Made by a program: the position numbers and the translations under genes
Assembly: GCF_018350175.1 (NCBI RefSeq)
Contig: NC_058368.1
Span: 231,758,001-231,822,000 of the forward strand
Origin: Felis catus
Lineage: Eukaryota
Direction: 5' to 3'
Length of the DNA: 64,000 nt
The notes under the pieces: generated by a model
Databases searched by the model: none
Told to the model about the DNA's origin: nothing
Seen by the model: only the letters and a program-made list of their open reading frames with translations
In this document: piece by piece, positions 49,951-63,280 of the stretch
Layout: each line of letters opens with the position of its first letter
Numbering within the stretch: the stretch's first letter is position 1

Positions 49951-50310
49951 CGTCTCAGTCCATTCAGGCTGCCGTAACAAAACTCCATGCCCTGGGCGGC
50001 TCTAACAACAGACCGTTACGTCTCACAGGTCCGGAGGCTGGAAGTCCAAGGTCAAGGTGTTGGCAGATTCGGTGTCTGGTAAAGGCCCAATTCCTGATTC
50101 ACAGATGGTTGTTTTCTTGCTGTGTCCTCGCATGGCAGATGGGACAAGGGAGCTCTCTGAGGTCTCTCTTACAAGGACCTAACCCCTTTCACGAGGGCTC
50201 CATCCTCCTGACCTAAATCACGTCCAGGAAGACCCCACCTCCAACCATCATCGTACTGGGGTGAGGTTTCAACACGTGAGTTCTAGAAGGGCACGTTCAG
50301 TCTGGAGACA
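49951..50310 (-). mobile_element. MaLR LTR (MLT1A/MST-like)
   Basis: tcagtccattcaggctgccgtaacaaa..ggaggctggaagtccaaggtcaaggtg..tttcaacacgtgagtt. Confidence 0.9.
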
Positions 50311-50510
50311 GGTACAGAAGAATGATGGGAGGGAGGAGAAGAGACTCGATGTAAAGAAGCCGGCCACTGCGAGAGGGCAGAGGGTTGTGAGTAGAGGAGA
50401 GTGAGCATAAGACCAGACATAGAGGCTAGTGGGAGCTGTACTTGAGGTGCCCCTGCTCCTGACCACCGTCCTTGGAGTACGTTGTTGTCATGAACAACTG
50501 CCACACTGAC

Positions 50511-50729
50511 TTTTTTTTTTATTTTTATTTTTAACGTTTATTTTTGAGAGAGACAGAGACAGAATGCGAGTGGGTTAGGGGCAGAGACAGGGAGACACAG
50601 AATCCAAAGGGGGCTCCAGGCTCTGAGCTGTCAACACAAAGCCCGATGCGGGGCTCGAACTCATGAGCTGTGAGATCATGACCCGAGCCGAAGTCGGACG
50701 CTCAACTGACTAAGCCACCCAGGTGTCCC
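50511..50729 (-). mobile_element. Can-SINE
   Basis: Perfect TSD tgccacactgacttt. Confidence 0.96.
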
Positions 50730-50916
50730 TGCCACACTGACTTTCACAGAGAGTTATTCACCCTGCAGATATTCGTGGGAAGACTATTCTTTGCCCAGTG
50801 GTTCTCAAGGTGCTAGGGGAAATCAGTGAGGCTCACGGTCTTGTGCAGTGAGAGGCTGGAGATGCTGCTTTGATCACGGGGAAACACGGGTTCATTTTAC
50901 CAGAAAATTCTGGAGT

Positions 50917-51020
50917 TTATATACACATATATATATATTTTTTGGTATATATATATATAAATAAATAAATAAATAATATACATATATATAAATATATATA
51001 CACATATATATATATTTTTT

Positions 51021-51072
<52 letters not shown>

Positions 51073-51089
51073 TATATAAATAAATAAAC
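50917..51089. repeat. AT-rich microsatellite with an internal block duplication
   Basis: tatatacacatatatatatattttttggtatata..aataaataaata occurs twice. Confidence 0.9.
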
Positions 51090-51193
51090 TCAACTCTGTC
51101 AGTGCAGAGCCCAATGCAGGAGTCAGTCTCACGAAACTTGAGATCATGACCTGAGCCGAAATCAAAAGCAGGACTCCTAACCAGGTGTGCCCC
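51090..51193 (-). mobile_element. Partial Can-SINE (5' half only)
   Basis: ctgtcagtgcagagccc..gagatcatgacctgagccgaaatcaa. Confidence 0.85.
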
Positions 51194-51224
51194 AATAATA
51201 CTTTTTAAAAATATAAGCTCCAGA

Positions 51225-51440
51225 GGGGCACCTGGGTGGCTCAGTCAGTTAAGAGTCTGGCTTTTGATTTGGGTTCAGGTCATGATCTCAAGGTTCATGA
51301 GCTCAAGCCCCAAGTCAGGTTCCGTGCTAACAGAACAGAGTCTGCTTGGGTTTCTCTTTCTCCTTGTCTCTCTGCCCCTCGCCCACTCTCTCTCTCTCAA
51401 ATAAATAAACTTAAAAAAAAAAAAAACAAAAAAAAAGAAA
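51225..51440 (+). mobile_element. Can-SINE
   Basis: Full copy. Confidence 0.93.
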
Positions 51441-52304
51441 GATTATTTAACCATAGGTTTCTTTGGCTTTCACGTCCATTGAGAAGATTGATTGAGGGTT
51501 TAAAGCTGTAGTTTGGAACATTAGAGAAGTCTAACTTTTTGGTATAGATGAAAAGTTTTCATTTATATTCGAAAGCAGCCGGATGGGTCTGTGATCTGAT
51601 TAGGGGTTTGCAGGGAGCGGGGGATGGGGAATAGGACCAAATCATTTCAGGAACCTAAAGGTTACATTTGGGAAGATGCTTGTTTCATTGTCTTGCTCCT
51701 TTTCCCTCTGAAAGCAAATCCAGATGTCTTAGCCCAGTTGAGTGTCAGAAGGCAGAATTCGTGGCACTCTTTGGCGGGGAATTAGGACAACCTTCAGGTT
51801 AAATAAAGGAGTGAAACTCAGCTCTCACTCTCGCGACTGCTCTTATCAAAAATCTCAAGCTTCCCCATGCTGTGGGAGATGCCACCCCATGACTCCACGT
51901 CCTCGTGACGAATGGGGTGGCCAGCGGTGCAGCCGGAAAGGGAGCCACAGAACAGTCCATTAATGCAGGTCGTTTCTTTAGCTCTAACTCTGTGCATGGG
52001 ACAGAGTGCTCTGGGCTGTCCCCCCGGGGCCAAGGTAGCAAGCAGTTCCATGGCGAATGGGATGGTGTCATCCCAGAGACCACCTCGGTGGAGCACGTGG
52101 TAGAACTCGGGTGGTGCATGGGGTTTCCAAAGGAAAAATCCCTCTGATTTCCTATCCTTATGCTTCAGAAGTTATTCTCATAAAACAAACAACAACAACA
52201 ACGACGACGACAACAACAGAATACCGTTTGATAAGATTTGGCCTCAGACATTCATTTTCCCTGGGAAATGAGATTTCTTGGAACCGTTAGACACGTCCAA
52301 GTTC

Positions 52305-52445
52305 AGTTAGTAAAATTCTGGAACTAAACAGAGGTGACAGTTGGCAGACCATGGTGAATTTCTTTTATGCCACTGAACTGTGTATTTAAAAAGGGTCAAA
52401 ATGGTCAATTCTGTACTATCTTTCTTTTAGTACCGTAAAAAATTT
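52305..52445 (+). mobile_element. L1MB-like 3' terminal fragment
   Basis: ttctggaactaaacagaggtga..atgccactgaactgtgtatttaaaa. Confidence 0.7.
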
Positions 52446-53864
52446 TACTTGGTCAATTTTATTCTGAAACCTGTTGTAGCAATAATTAGGCACCAATATA
52501 ATAATATCTTGGTTTTAAATCAATGGGAGGAATGAAACAAAAATTTCACCGAATTTGAAACAGTTTGCTAACAGGTCTGTATTGTAGTATGATTTGATTA
52601 AAAAAAAAAAAAACGACAACGAACTCACAATGGAAGCTAATTTCTGAGCAGGGCCATAGCCTCTGAGTCCTTCTGATGCAAGAATATTGAAATGGGGATG
52701 AAAACAAAGAGGCAAAGACTACCGAGAAAAATCCAGAGCTGATCATTACAACAGGAACTACGAGGCGAGTATCCGGGCTCCCACGAGATAAATCGCACCG
52801 TTTGGCACCTAATCGCTTTGTTTAGGAAACAGTACGTTCAGGGCGCATGGTACCTGGTAGAGAAAACATCCTTTTAATCTTATCAGAAACGACTCGGTGC
52901 CTGGAGTTTGGGGCCCGCACCCCCCCTTTCATTAGAGGCTCGGCCTCACAGTCTGAAAGGACCCCGTTTGAGGAGACGCAAAGCTATTTACAGTCATTTC
53001 TCTCCCTTCGCAAGCTGAGCGGGGTGAGCGTTGAGCAGCAGCTCGATCAGATCCCCAGGCAAAATGAGGGTTTCTAGAAAATGCAAACACTTACGTTTAT
53101 GGTAAAATAATTCACCCGATAAAATTAACAGCTTATATTGAGACACCATCTGCAGGATCAAATTCATTTTTCTTTTGTTTTCTTTTAAACTTTATGGGTC
53201 TGCAGAGGCCGCGCAGGCGCTCGGGGGAGTCCCCGTGTAAGGAAGAGGTTGACTGTTACCTAATGAGCAAAGCCTCCCTACCTGTTCCCCAATTTGGCTG
53301 GCGGTGGGGTGGGGAGAATCCCGCAATTGACTCAAGGATACTACATTTATCGGGACCTTAACACCTCACAACCTCCTTACACAACGAAATGCAAAGTCAG
53401 CCTTTTCTAAGGTTTAACCTAAGGTGGCTCTGCCATTAAAGAAATAATTTTTTCGTCTCCCAGAAGAACGAGGAAAACTATTTACAGATCACCAAGTCGC
53501 CTACTTAATGGCCGTTGACTGTTCTTATCTTTAAGCTGAGATATACACAAAACCCCTCACATCTCCACCAAGAGATTATTTCCCACCATTGTGATTAGGT
53601 CATTTCTTCTCTAGGTGTTCTTTGAGGAACTCCATTGGACAAACAGAAGAAAATGGAACTAAGTTATGGCGGATCACCCCAGAAGCCCCTTGGAATTTGC
53701 AGAGTTCATTCAAATACTGTTATCTGGCTGGGCTATTATCCAGGGTGAGGACAGTCACCCGTTGAGGACCAGGGTTGACTCTGCTGACCTGGCTGACTGG
53801 GTGTGCGTCCTCTCCCTCGCTACTTAGGTACCCCCCTCTCAAACTATCCCTGATGAAAAATAGA

Positions 53865-54220
53865 TGTGATTGTTGTCAGTCTCTTACGTTCCCCTATTCC
53901 CTCCATCTGCCCCCTTGTCACAGTTTCCACCATGCTTATTCAGCGCCCCTCCTGTGAAGGACAGAACGTCCTTGAGGAGACCCGCGTGACTCGCCTTTGC
54001 CAATGAAATGTAAGTGTTCTGGATGGAAGCTTTAAAAGCCAGCACCTGGTCCCTTTTTTCCTCATCTGTGATGATGGAAGCAGGGAACGCATGGAATCCC
54101 TGAGGAATGCAAATGAGCAGAGCCTACAATGGGCAGTATGGACAAGGAATAACCTTCGTCAGTTAGCCACTGAGAGTTTTCAGGCTGTTTCTACAACATT
54201 GCCCAATCCATCCTGTCTTT
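53865..54220 (+). mobile_element. Old MaLR LTR (MLT1H/J-like)
   Basis: gtgactcgcctttgccaatgaaatgtaag..agccactgagagtttt. Confidence 0.55.
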
Positions 54221-54337
54221 TGCCTCACCAGTCACAACTGGAAATATCGATGAGTTGTGTTGGTCTCTTTGGATTCCCATGCAAGAATAATGACCACCAG
54301 CAACTTCCAAGTTACATTGGTATCAGTAACTATTTGC

Positions 54338-54540
54338 ATTTTTTTAATGTTTCTTTATCTATTTTTGAGAGATGGAGAGAGTACAAGGGAAGGGCAGAAA
54401 GAGAGAGAGGGAGACCAAATCCCAAGCAGGCTCCGTGTTGTCAGTGCAGAGCCTGACAAGGGACTTGAACTCACGAACCGTGAGCTCATGACCACAGCTA
54501 AAATCAGGAGTCAGATGCTTAACCGACTGAGCCACCCAGC
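54338..54540 (-). mobile_element. Can-SINE
   Basis: Antisense copy. Confidence 0.92.
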
Positions 54541-54813
54541 TTTCCTGGTAGCAACACCTGTTTGTGATTCGACTGAACGAGGGACTGAGACATCTGACAT
54601 CAGTTCAGATGGCAATCTACCACAGAGCAGCAGTGCAGATAGGGTTTGGTCGATTTCTTGTTTGATGAGACAATAGACAAGTTGCAAATGTAAAACAGGG
54701 TAGGGCAGAGGGTGTCCAAAACGAAGTCTTACGTGGGGTAGCAGCTAGAATGGCTGTGAGAAATTTTAGGGCAGGGTTGCTATTCTAGATCTCATGAAAA
54801 TTTAATGTGGGAA

Positions 54814-55401
54814 TGTAGTAGTCAGGAATCTCCAGAGAAACGGAGCCAATAGTTGATAAAGACAATATGGATACAGACGGAGATTTTTTTGTACAGAATT
54901 TGCTCATGTGATTATGGAGGCTCAGCGGTCCTGCGGTCTGCAAGCTGGTGACTTGGGAAAGCTGGTGGTGTGGCTCCAGTCTGAGTCTGAGGGCCAGAGA
55001 ACCTTCTAGGGTGCTAATGATGGAAGTCGCAGTCTGAGGGCAGGAGAAGATTGTGTCCCAGCTCCAAACATCAGGCGGAGAGAGAGAATTCTCTCTTCAT
55101 TTGCCTTGTTATTCTGCTCAGTCCCTCAATGGATTGGATGATGTCCACTCATTTCCCAAATCAAATGCTAATCTAAGGCAGAAACACCCTCATAGACACA
55201 CCCAGAAATCATGTTGAACCAGGGGTGCTTGGGTGGCTCAGTTTGCTGGGTATCTGACTCTTGATTTCGGCTCAGGTCACGATCTCACAGTTCATGGGAT
55301 CGAACCCCGTGTCTGGCTCTGTGCTGAGTGTAGAGCTTGCTTGGGATTCTTTCTCTCTTTCTTCCCCCTGCCCCCTGCCCCGCCCTACTCTCTCTCTACC
55401 T

Positions 55402-55447
<46 letters not shown>

Positions 55448-55524
55448 CAAAATAAATAAATATTAAAAATAATAATATCTGGGTGCCCCGTAACCAGCCA
55501 AATTGACATATAACAACCATCACA
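54814..55524 (-). mobile_element. ERVL LTR (MLT2B/D-like), split by a SINE
   Basis: tgtagtagtcagg..ctccagagaaac..gctcatgtgattatggaggct..aaacaccctcatagacacacccaga..aaccatcaca. Confidence 0.88.
55222..55470 (+). mobile_element. Can-SINE nested in MLT2
   Basis: Full copy with long CT tract. Confidence 0.93.
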
Positions 55525-55800
55525 GGACATGAGGGCTATTTCCCAAGTCTGGTATTAATGAAATTGGGTGGGGATATGTGCACATACGTTTTCACACATA
55601 CTGCAGTTGGGGGGCTTAAAACTTTTTATTGAGGCACACACACACCCAGAAATGCACTCAAATCATGAGGATAGAGATCAGCGAATTTTCCCAAAGTGAA
55701 CGCACCATGAAAGCAATACTCAGAAGAAACACAGTAGTACCAGCACAGAGAGGGTCTCTCAGGTCTCTTTTCTTTACTCAAGAGTAGTTACTTTCCTGAA

Positions 55801-56014
55801 TTTCTTTTCTTTTAAGTTCATTTATTTATTTTTGAGAGACAGCATGAGCAAGGGAGGGGCCGAGAGAGAGAGGGGGAGAGAGAGAATCCCAAGCAGGCTC
55901 CTCACTGTCAGTGCAGAGCCCAACGAGGGGCTCGAACTCCCAAACTGTGAGATCGTGACCTGAGCCGAGATCAAGAGTCAAGACACTTAACTGACTGAGT
56001 CACCCAGGCGCCCC
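55801..56014 (-). mobile_element. Can-SINE
   Basis: Antisense full copy. Confidence 0.94.
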
Positions 56015-57139
56015 ACTTGCCTAACTTTTAAAGATTACCTCTACCTGCTGTGTCTGCTTCTTTTTCTCCATGTTGTGTTTGAGACTTTCATGTGGGCGTA
56101 GTGGTTCATCACATAGCCTCCTAGCATTGCGTGTGCAATTTATGTATCTGTTCCTCTGGAGAATGACGCACAGTCGGGTAGTTTCCATGCGGGGCAGTTG
56201 CAAACACAGCTGCTATGGACACTTTTGTACATGTCTACCGATGAACGTACAAGTTCAATCCTACAGGGTGCGCAGCCGTGCCGTGGAGTTGCTGGTACGT
56301 CCAGTCACTTTCCAAAGTAGTTATGCTCCCACCAGCGGTATTTACAAGGCCCTCACTTGTTCCATATCCTTTCCAACCCTTGGGATTTTTGTCCTCATGA
56401 ATTTGAGGTTTGAGACCACGAATCACGATTTGGGTGATGCCTTATTGTGATTTTCACGCATCTTTCCCTGTTGTCTCTTGTGCGTCTTGTCATATGTTTA
56501 CTTGTCGTTGGGAGTAGCCTTGTAAAGTGCCTGTTCAGGTCTCTTGCCCATTCGCCCTTTGGGTTGCCTGTCTGCTTTCTTGATGATTTGGAGAAGTTCT
56601 TTACGTATTGTGGATACAAGTCTTTTTTTTTTTTTTTGATGTGTGTTCTGTAAATGTTCTGTCATTCCATAGGTGGGTTTCCCTTGCAATCTGTTAATGA
56701 TGTCTTGATATACAAAGCTCTTCATTTTAATGTAGTGCTGATTTATCATTTTTTCTTTGTGATTAGCATATCGTATGTATTAAAACTCTAAGCCTCCTCC
56801 ACAGTCATGAATACGTTTTCCTGTAGTATCTTCGGAAAGATTTATTATTTTATTATTTGCATTTGTTGTCTTGTACTCCATCTGTAATTGATTTTTGTGT
56901 GTAGTGTGAGTGACATCAGGCTAGAGAATCGTTTTTTCCCTATGGATATCCAGTTGGCCCAGTGCCAGCAATCAAAAAGGTTATCTTTTTCTCCTGCATA
57001 GCAGTGTCACTTTTGGGCACATACCAGGTGACTGCAGAAGTGTGGGTCTCGTGTCTAGACTATATTCTGATGCACTGATTTATTCATCTAACCATGCAGT
57101 GGGTTAACCGTCATAAATTAAAGTCGTGATACATATTGC

Positions 57140-57330
57140 ATTTTTTAAGTCTATTTATATATTTTGAGAGACAGAGAGAGACAGAGAGAGAGCAGAGGAG
57201 GAGCAGAGAGAGAATGGGAGAGAGAGAGAATCCCAAGCTGTCAGCAGACTCGATCCCATGGACCGTGAGATCATGATCCGAGCTGAAACCAAGAGTCGGA
57301 CACTCAACCGACTGAGTCACCCAGGCACCC
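57140..57330 (-). mobile_element. Can-SINE with internal deletion
   Basis: TSD cata(t/c)tgcatttt. Confidence 0.9.
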
Positions 57331-57574
57331 TGAAGCATACTGCATTTTAAAATTATTTTCTTAACACAAATTCACAGGAAAAGATGCCATGGTTCAAATG
57401 GCATGGATCCTATTTTGGGAGCTCTTAGCAAATACGTTCAAATGCTTTCAAAAGATTACACATCCCCTGATGATGTATATAATTATTATTTTACTTGTTT
57501 GCCTCAATTTTGTCCACTTTTAGTGCTAATGTTAAAAGAAAATTGCACCAAATGCACCCTCCAGCAATGATATT

Positions 57575-57782
57575 GACAGCCACCATTTAGGCCACGATGT
57601 GCCAAGGCGTGAAGTTAGTGATTCTTTCAACAGATCTGCACGCTGAACTTTATGTTCCCCTTTTTCCATGTTAGGGAACCGAGGTCTGGACAGTTCCCTG
57701 ACTCAGTCACAGCTGCCCAGGGGGTAAGCCTCAGAGAGGCATCATCTGTCTCCCTCCAGGGCACTTTTCTCCACTGTACTAT
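57575..57782 (-). mobile_element. MIR (degraded)
   Basis: caccatttag..tgtgccaaggc..ccccttttt..gggaaccgaggtct. Confidence 0.55.
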
Positions 57783-57807
57783 TGTATTAAATTGCAATTC
57801 TTGAATT

Positions 57808-57835
57808 CTTTTTTTTAATGTTTATTTATTTACTT

Positions 57836-57879
<44 letters not shown>

Positions 57880-58048
57880 CAAGCGGGGGAGGGGTGGAGA
57901 GAGAGAGGGAGAGAGAGAGACTCCCAGGCAGGCTCCGAGCTGTCAGCCCAGAGCCTGGCGTGGGGCTCGATCCCACTAACCGTGAGATCATGACCTGAGC
58001 TGAAATCAAGAGTCGGACGCTTTACCGACAGAGCCACCCAGGCGCCCC
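57808..58048 (-). mobile_element. Can-SINE
   Basis: Antisense full copy. Confidence 0.94.
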
Positions 58049-59609
58049 CACAGCTCTTTAATTCTTAAATGCCTTCTCTAGATGTTCCATTGCCTCCTGT
58101 TCTTCTCTGATCCCTGTACCTTTCTCAGGAGGATAGACAATCCACCAGGCCCCTTACAGACTAGGGGAGCCTTATTTTATCCCCCACCCACCTCCAGCCA
58201 GGAAAGAATAATGATAATGACCCCTTTTCTCATGGACACGCATTCCACAGGGGCTAGTGGCCTAAGGGTATGAGTTCAGCACACATTCAGAAAATGTGCT
58301 GGTGATTAAACAGGCATCTGTCACGTGGAAGTGAAGAGAAAGACATCTGGGGAGCCAGTTTGTAGGGGAGATTGAGAACATGTAGAGAGGCAGCTATTCG
58401 AGGAGCACGGGAGTCGCGAAAGCTTCTAGAAGAAGTGAACTCAAGGTCGGTTGACCCCGGACGGAATTCTCAACCGGCCGCGTTCACATGGGGAGGGCCA
58501 GCGAGCCACCTTGGGGGTTGGGGGTTATTCCCCACCCCAGAAACAGGCTCGAAAGGAGCCCGAGGACCGGTTCTTCCTCCAACAGGCATATTCCTCTCTC
58601 ACACACACGCACCCACAAACCTCTCCCTGTCGCTCTCCTACCCACTGACATTTGAGATCTTTGCCAATATTCTAAAAGGAATTTTGGCACAAGGAGGCTC
58701 CGGCTCCTTCCGCAGCCTCTGACATATGTGCCTTGTTCTGAGCTGAGCTGTGCGAAGGCAGAGAATGGAAGTGGGTAGAAGGTCAGCAGAGGCGTGTGCC
58801 CTCTTTCCAGCTGCTTGATTATACAATTGCCACGAATTTGTGTATTTTCCCCAGCGAAACTATTTCCACGTTTAGAAGAAGAGTATGACGCGTAGCTGAA
58901 GAACATGGAAAACATGGTTTCTGGATCTGGGAAGAACAACACAGGGAAATCCACTCCTGTTCTTGGAGCGGATGTCAAGGGGCTTTTCCACGGGATGAGG
59001 AAGCACGTTCGTTAACTCTTAAATCCTTGGGCTCCGCCAGCACGTCAAGGAGGGGAAAGGAAGCAACTCAGGGGCTCTGGTTGTCAGCCGGACAGCTCAG
59101 CCTCCGGCTTCCTTAGAGCTGACATTGACATTTGCGAGTGAACTAGGACAGAGCTGCAGGGTGCTGGGAGGGCACAAAGTCAGGGGCCCTTCTGAGTCCT
59201 GCGTGCAGTCCTGAAGCTCCGAGACTGCAGGGATCCTTGACCCGGGTTTCTCAAGGTGGCAGAACTAAGCCACAGGCCCATCTGTAGTTTCTTCTCCCTC
59301 TTTCACAGAGTCCTGTGTCCTCAGCACCAGCCACGGTTGCCTTAACATTTTCCTTAAACGTCCATGAGATAAGGATGTTACTCCAAATACGCAGAAAGAA
59401 AAAGCAAAGAAACAGACAAAGTCTGGGCTCAGTCTGGGCTTGATGAGGTTTGCGCTGAGGACAGACCTGGCGCTTTTAGTTTGCTACATGTGTGTTTTAC
59501 AGAAATTGGAAGGAGGGAGTCGAAGTTGTTCAGGTAAGAGCATAAAGTCGTGCCACCTGCTTAGAAGGCGCCTCCTGCTTCTGCTGAGACAACTTCTGAA
59601 CACGAAGAA

Positions 59610-59845
59610 AATACCCATGTGGAGGATTTGTTATGTTCAAGCCTTGCTGCATTCTTGCCCATTAAGTCCTTAATCCTCACAACCCTGGAAGACGGACATT
59701 ATTTCCGTTTTACAGATGAGGAAACTGAGGCTCACAGAGATTTTTTTTCCCCCTTTTTCTTTCTTTCCTTTTGCTGACAATCACACAAATGGTAAAAGGT
59801 GAGGGTACGACTTACTCTAGGTCTGTCTGGCTCTCAAGTCGATGT
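59610..59845 (-). mobile_element. MIR
   Basis: ttaatcctcacaaccct..ttttacagatgaggaaactgaggctcacagaga. Confidence 0.85.
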
Positions 59846-60614
59846 ACAGTGAAATTGATTCTGGTCTCAAATTTGACAGTTCTCAGGACTTAGACTCCCA
59901 GGACCCCTGTGCACAGTCGATGGTCTGTTTCACAAGCAACTGTAGGTTCTCTGCAGGTTAGTGATCATGCCGGCCTTCCATACGTTCCCATTTTTTACAG
60001 AACTGTTAAAATATTTTAAAGGATTGGTTTTCCAATCAAGGAAATATAGAAAGTCTTAACATTTCAGGAGAACCGAGATGTTCTTAGCAGGCTGGTTTAT
60101 TTTGACATGACTAGTCCTATCTTCAATCTTGATGACAACAGGGCCATTGACAATCCCACCATACGCTTAACTGGGCAGGAGATCCGTTCCCCATGAGAAG
60201 AAAGAGCTCAGGCTTGCTCTGTGCCAACAGGGGAAAGTCCCAGGTGCTTCGCCTCCACATCTCCACCCAGGTTTGAGATTTGGAATTGAACTTCCCAGAG
60301 CTCTGGTCGAACTCTCTCGGTCTTGTCTAACTCCACAGAAAGTGTCCATAGAACTCTGCCTCCCCAGGCTTTGGCGGCCAATGCGTGAAAACGGGTTTCT
60401 TAAAATTCGAGTGGACCTGTATCCAGACAGTTCCTTGAAGTCCTGAAGCTGCTGAGACTGTACTTCAGATGTCCGGGCCGAGGAAGGCATGCCAAGAAAG
60501 AACATTCCAGATGCACCTGATTGTGTGATGTACAGGAATTACCGACAGAAGAAACGTTGGGGTGGACAGCATTCAGAATGCGAAGATCTCAAGGGCTTTC
60601 GTAGTGAATTCCCC

Positions 60615-60785
60615 AATACTCACCATCTGTGAAGAGTAGATATCAAAAGGAGGTAGCTCAGCTTTGTAGAAAATGGATACAAAACCAAAGACTTTAAGTA
60701 AGTAGCCTGTGGCCACACAAATCAATGCTGGAAGCTGAGAATAGAAACCAGTCTTCTGACCTCTAGTCTGAGACTATCCATCATC
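60615..60785 (-). mobile_element. MIR (degraded)
   Basis: ttaagtaagtagcctgtggccacaca..agaaaccagtcttctgac. Confidence 0.5.
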
Positions 60786-61426
60786 CCTGTCTCCCCGGGG
60801 CTAAAATACACACTTCCCTTTAAAAACAAATGGAACCAGCATGACCCGGGGAAATGGAGTCCTGAAGTTGGAATTGTCCTAGCAAAAAGATTTAGGATTC
60901 AAAATATAAACTTGTATTTTGTGTGTAAATGGGGTGTGGGGGGGCACTGGAGAAATAAAGGTAACCCCCCCCTTCAAATAAATAAAGTTAAATTTTCTTC
61001 CATGACATGATTCTTAATTCTACTACAAAAGGCTTTAGCGGTTTGAGTTTTAGAACTTCCAGATGGGTAAATATAATTTTCTCTCCTAGATTTTTTTGCT
61101 ATTTCTTTTAACAAAATAAATTTCAATAATGGAAAGTATCTCCACATAGCTTAGTGAGAATCTTATTTTCATTCCATGGTTATCTTTATAGGAGTCAAGG
61201 TTCTTTTATAAGCTTGATGATTCAATATATAATTAGTGCATTTTATAGGATTTCAAAGAATTTCTAGCCAAGATGTGACTCTATATATCATCATAATGAA
61301 TAGGCAAATGTTCTTCATTTATTTTGTTTCTAAGGTTATGTAATATGATTGCTTTAAAAAAGAACAGTGTTCTCCAGAAGCAGGTCCTAGTAAAAGTGGT
61401 TTACACAGAAAGGCGATATAATGACA

Positions 61427-61900
61427 TGCAGCAGGAAATTCCTAGATGCCTCTCAGCGTCCACTTCCCCATGTCTCTAGTAATAAGAACTCCAATGTTTT
61501 CGTCACTTTGCCACCAAGCCAAGTGACTATTTGGCCAAGTCCATCAACACTAAACGTGGCCGTGCATTTTGGCCAAGGAAATGTAAGTCGAATGTTTGTG
61601 CAATTTCCGGGAAATATCTCTAAATGGAGGAAGGTGATCTTCCTCCCTGGACTGTGGCTGTGATGGCTGGAGCTCTGGCATTCAGCAGGATGCTGAGGTT
61701 ATGGGACATGCTCTACGGATAGCAGAGATGTGGGCCAGACAAATCCTGGGTCTTAGAGATTTGGGAGAACAGTCCCAGGTGTGCCCTTACTGCCCATCTC
61801 TGACTGCTTTTATAGGTGAGACGAGTAACATTTTTATCTCATGTAAACCACTGCCAGTTTGATCTCCCGGTACATGCAGTGGGACCTAATCTTAGTGGAA
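61427..61900 (+). mobile_element. Old MaLR LTR (MLT1J-like)
   Basis: tctagtaataagaactcc, tggccaaggaaatgtaag, gtgatggctggagctctggca, taaaccactg. Confidence 0.65.
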
Positions 61901-63073
61901 GCAACATCTAAAATGGTAGTGTCATTATTGATTGGATCATTCCGTTAAAATCTAAACTTCCAGGCCTAAGAAGGAAATCATCTCTCTAGTCTTTTGCACC
62001 CCGTATTCCTCTCCATCCACATGACAAACAGCGCCTGGAGTCCATGTGACATTCACCCAAGCCTCCCCGTGGTCATTTATTCAGGGACTGGGTAAGAGGA
62101 GTTTTCAGCCCTCTCTGCAGAAAGCAAACGGCCTTTGAGGACAAAGACATACTCCTAATAAACTAGCTGTCCAAGAAGTGTGAGCACAGTCAGCTACTTC
62201 ATCAAGGTGCAATCTTCAGCCTGTGAAGCAATCTTGTCCTTTGTCCCCCGGCACCTTGGTACAATTAATTTATGACCCTTGCTGAGCTCAAGTAGAGAGC
62301 AACCACAGAATGACGGGCCATCTAATGCAGCGGGTGACATCCTGTGAGTCCTGATGCACTTCTTGTGTGCTCAGCATGGTCCCTGAGGCCCAGCCCACAT
62401 CCCCAAACAGCGCCGGAGGGGGCCTAGGGCTGGTTAATTAGTTCCGTTAACTGGTTATGGTCCCTTTAGCCTTTAGAATCCGACCGCCTTAAGGAAATGC
62501 ATTATCTTTCTCAGATAACAAGCTACAAACGGACCTGAATTTTCTGAGCAACTTTACCAGGGAGACTGTCTCATGCTGTCTGAAAGCAGAAGGGAAAAGT
62601 GAGGCCCAGCTGTGACCTGACCTCTGGCTAGAGGTGGAGGTGACTGTCCCCAAGTGGAAATTATTATTCACCTTTCTGGGTGCTCGCTGAGCGAAGCCCT
62701 CACGCCAGCAGCTCACAGCACTGGCACAGACAAGCCGCGAAAATCCTGATCCGCTGCAAATCACAGGGTGATTTTTATTGTCAACACAACTCATCTTTAA
62801 TAGGAGACCATCTAGAAGCAAGCAACCCTTCAGGTGTTTTTTTTTTTAGTACAATAAAAGTGAGCAGCAAATGGGCATATTTTTTGAAATTTGAAAACTT
62901 CTCTTATTTCAAAAATAAGTCTTTGAAGGCAAAACATATTTTATCACCAATACTATTTAAATATATGACCTCGGCAAGAGCCTAAGTGTGCGTTTAAGAC
63001 AATGCTCGCGGTGTTAACCATTTAAGTGGGGAAGCGTGCACTGACAGTGAAGCTATGTGAAAATACGAATATC

Positions 63074-63280
63074 GGGGCGCCAGGGTGGCTCAGTCCGACT
63101 TCGGCTCAGGTCATGATCTCGCAGTCCGTGAGTTCGAGCCCCGTGTCGGGCTCTGTGCTGACAGCTCGGAGCCTGGAGCCTGTTTCCGATTCTGTGTCTC
63201 CCTCTCTCTCTGCCCCTCCCCTGTTCATGCTCCATCTCTCCCTGTCTCAAAAATAAATAAATGTTAAAAAAAATTTTTTT
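63074..63280 (+). mobile_element. Can-SINE (SINEC_Fc) with a deletion at the A box
   Basis: ggctcagtccgacttc versus ggctcagtcggttaagcgtccgacttc in sister copies; TSD aaatac.aa.at. Confidence 0.95.

Larger units (their letters stand above)
55620..57355 (-). mobile_element. Old L1 (L1MD/ME-like) 3' region with nested SINEs
   Basis: aaagtgcctgttcaggtctcttgcccatt, tggatatccagttggcccagtgcca, ttgatttttgtgtgtagtgtgag. Confidence 0.8.

Noticed and set aside
42142..50310. Four MLT1 LTRs as possible ends of one provirus
   Set aside because: Different subfamilies or opposite orientations, and no internal MaLR sequence between them
121..63280. Recurrent tRNA-like A/B boxes and repeated ORFs such as MAQSVKRPTSAQVMIS
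   Set aside because: These are tRNA-derived Can-SINE heads, not tRNA genes or a protein family
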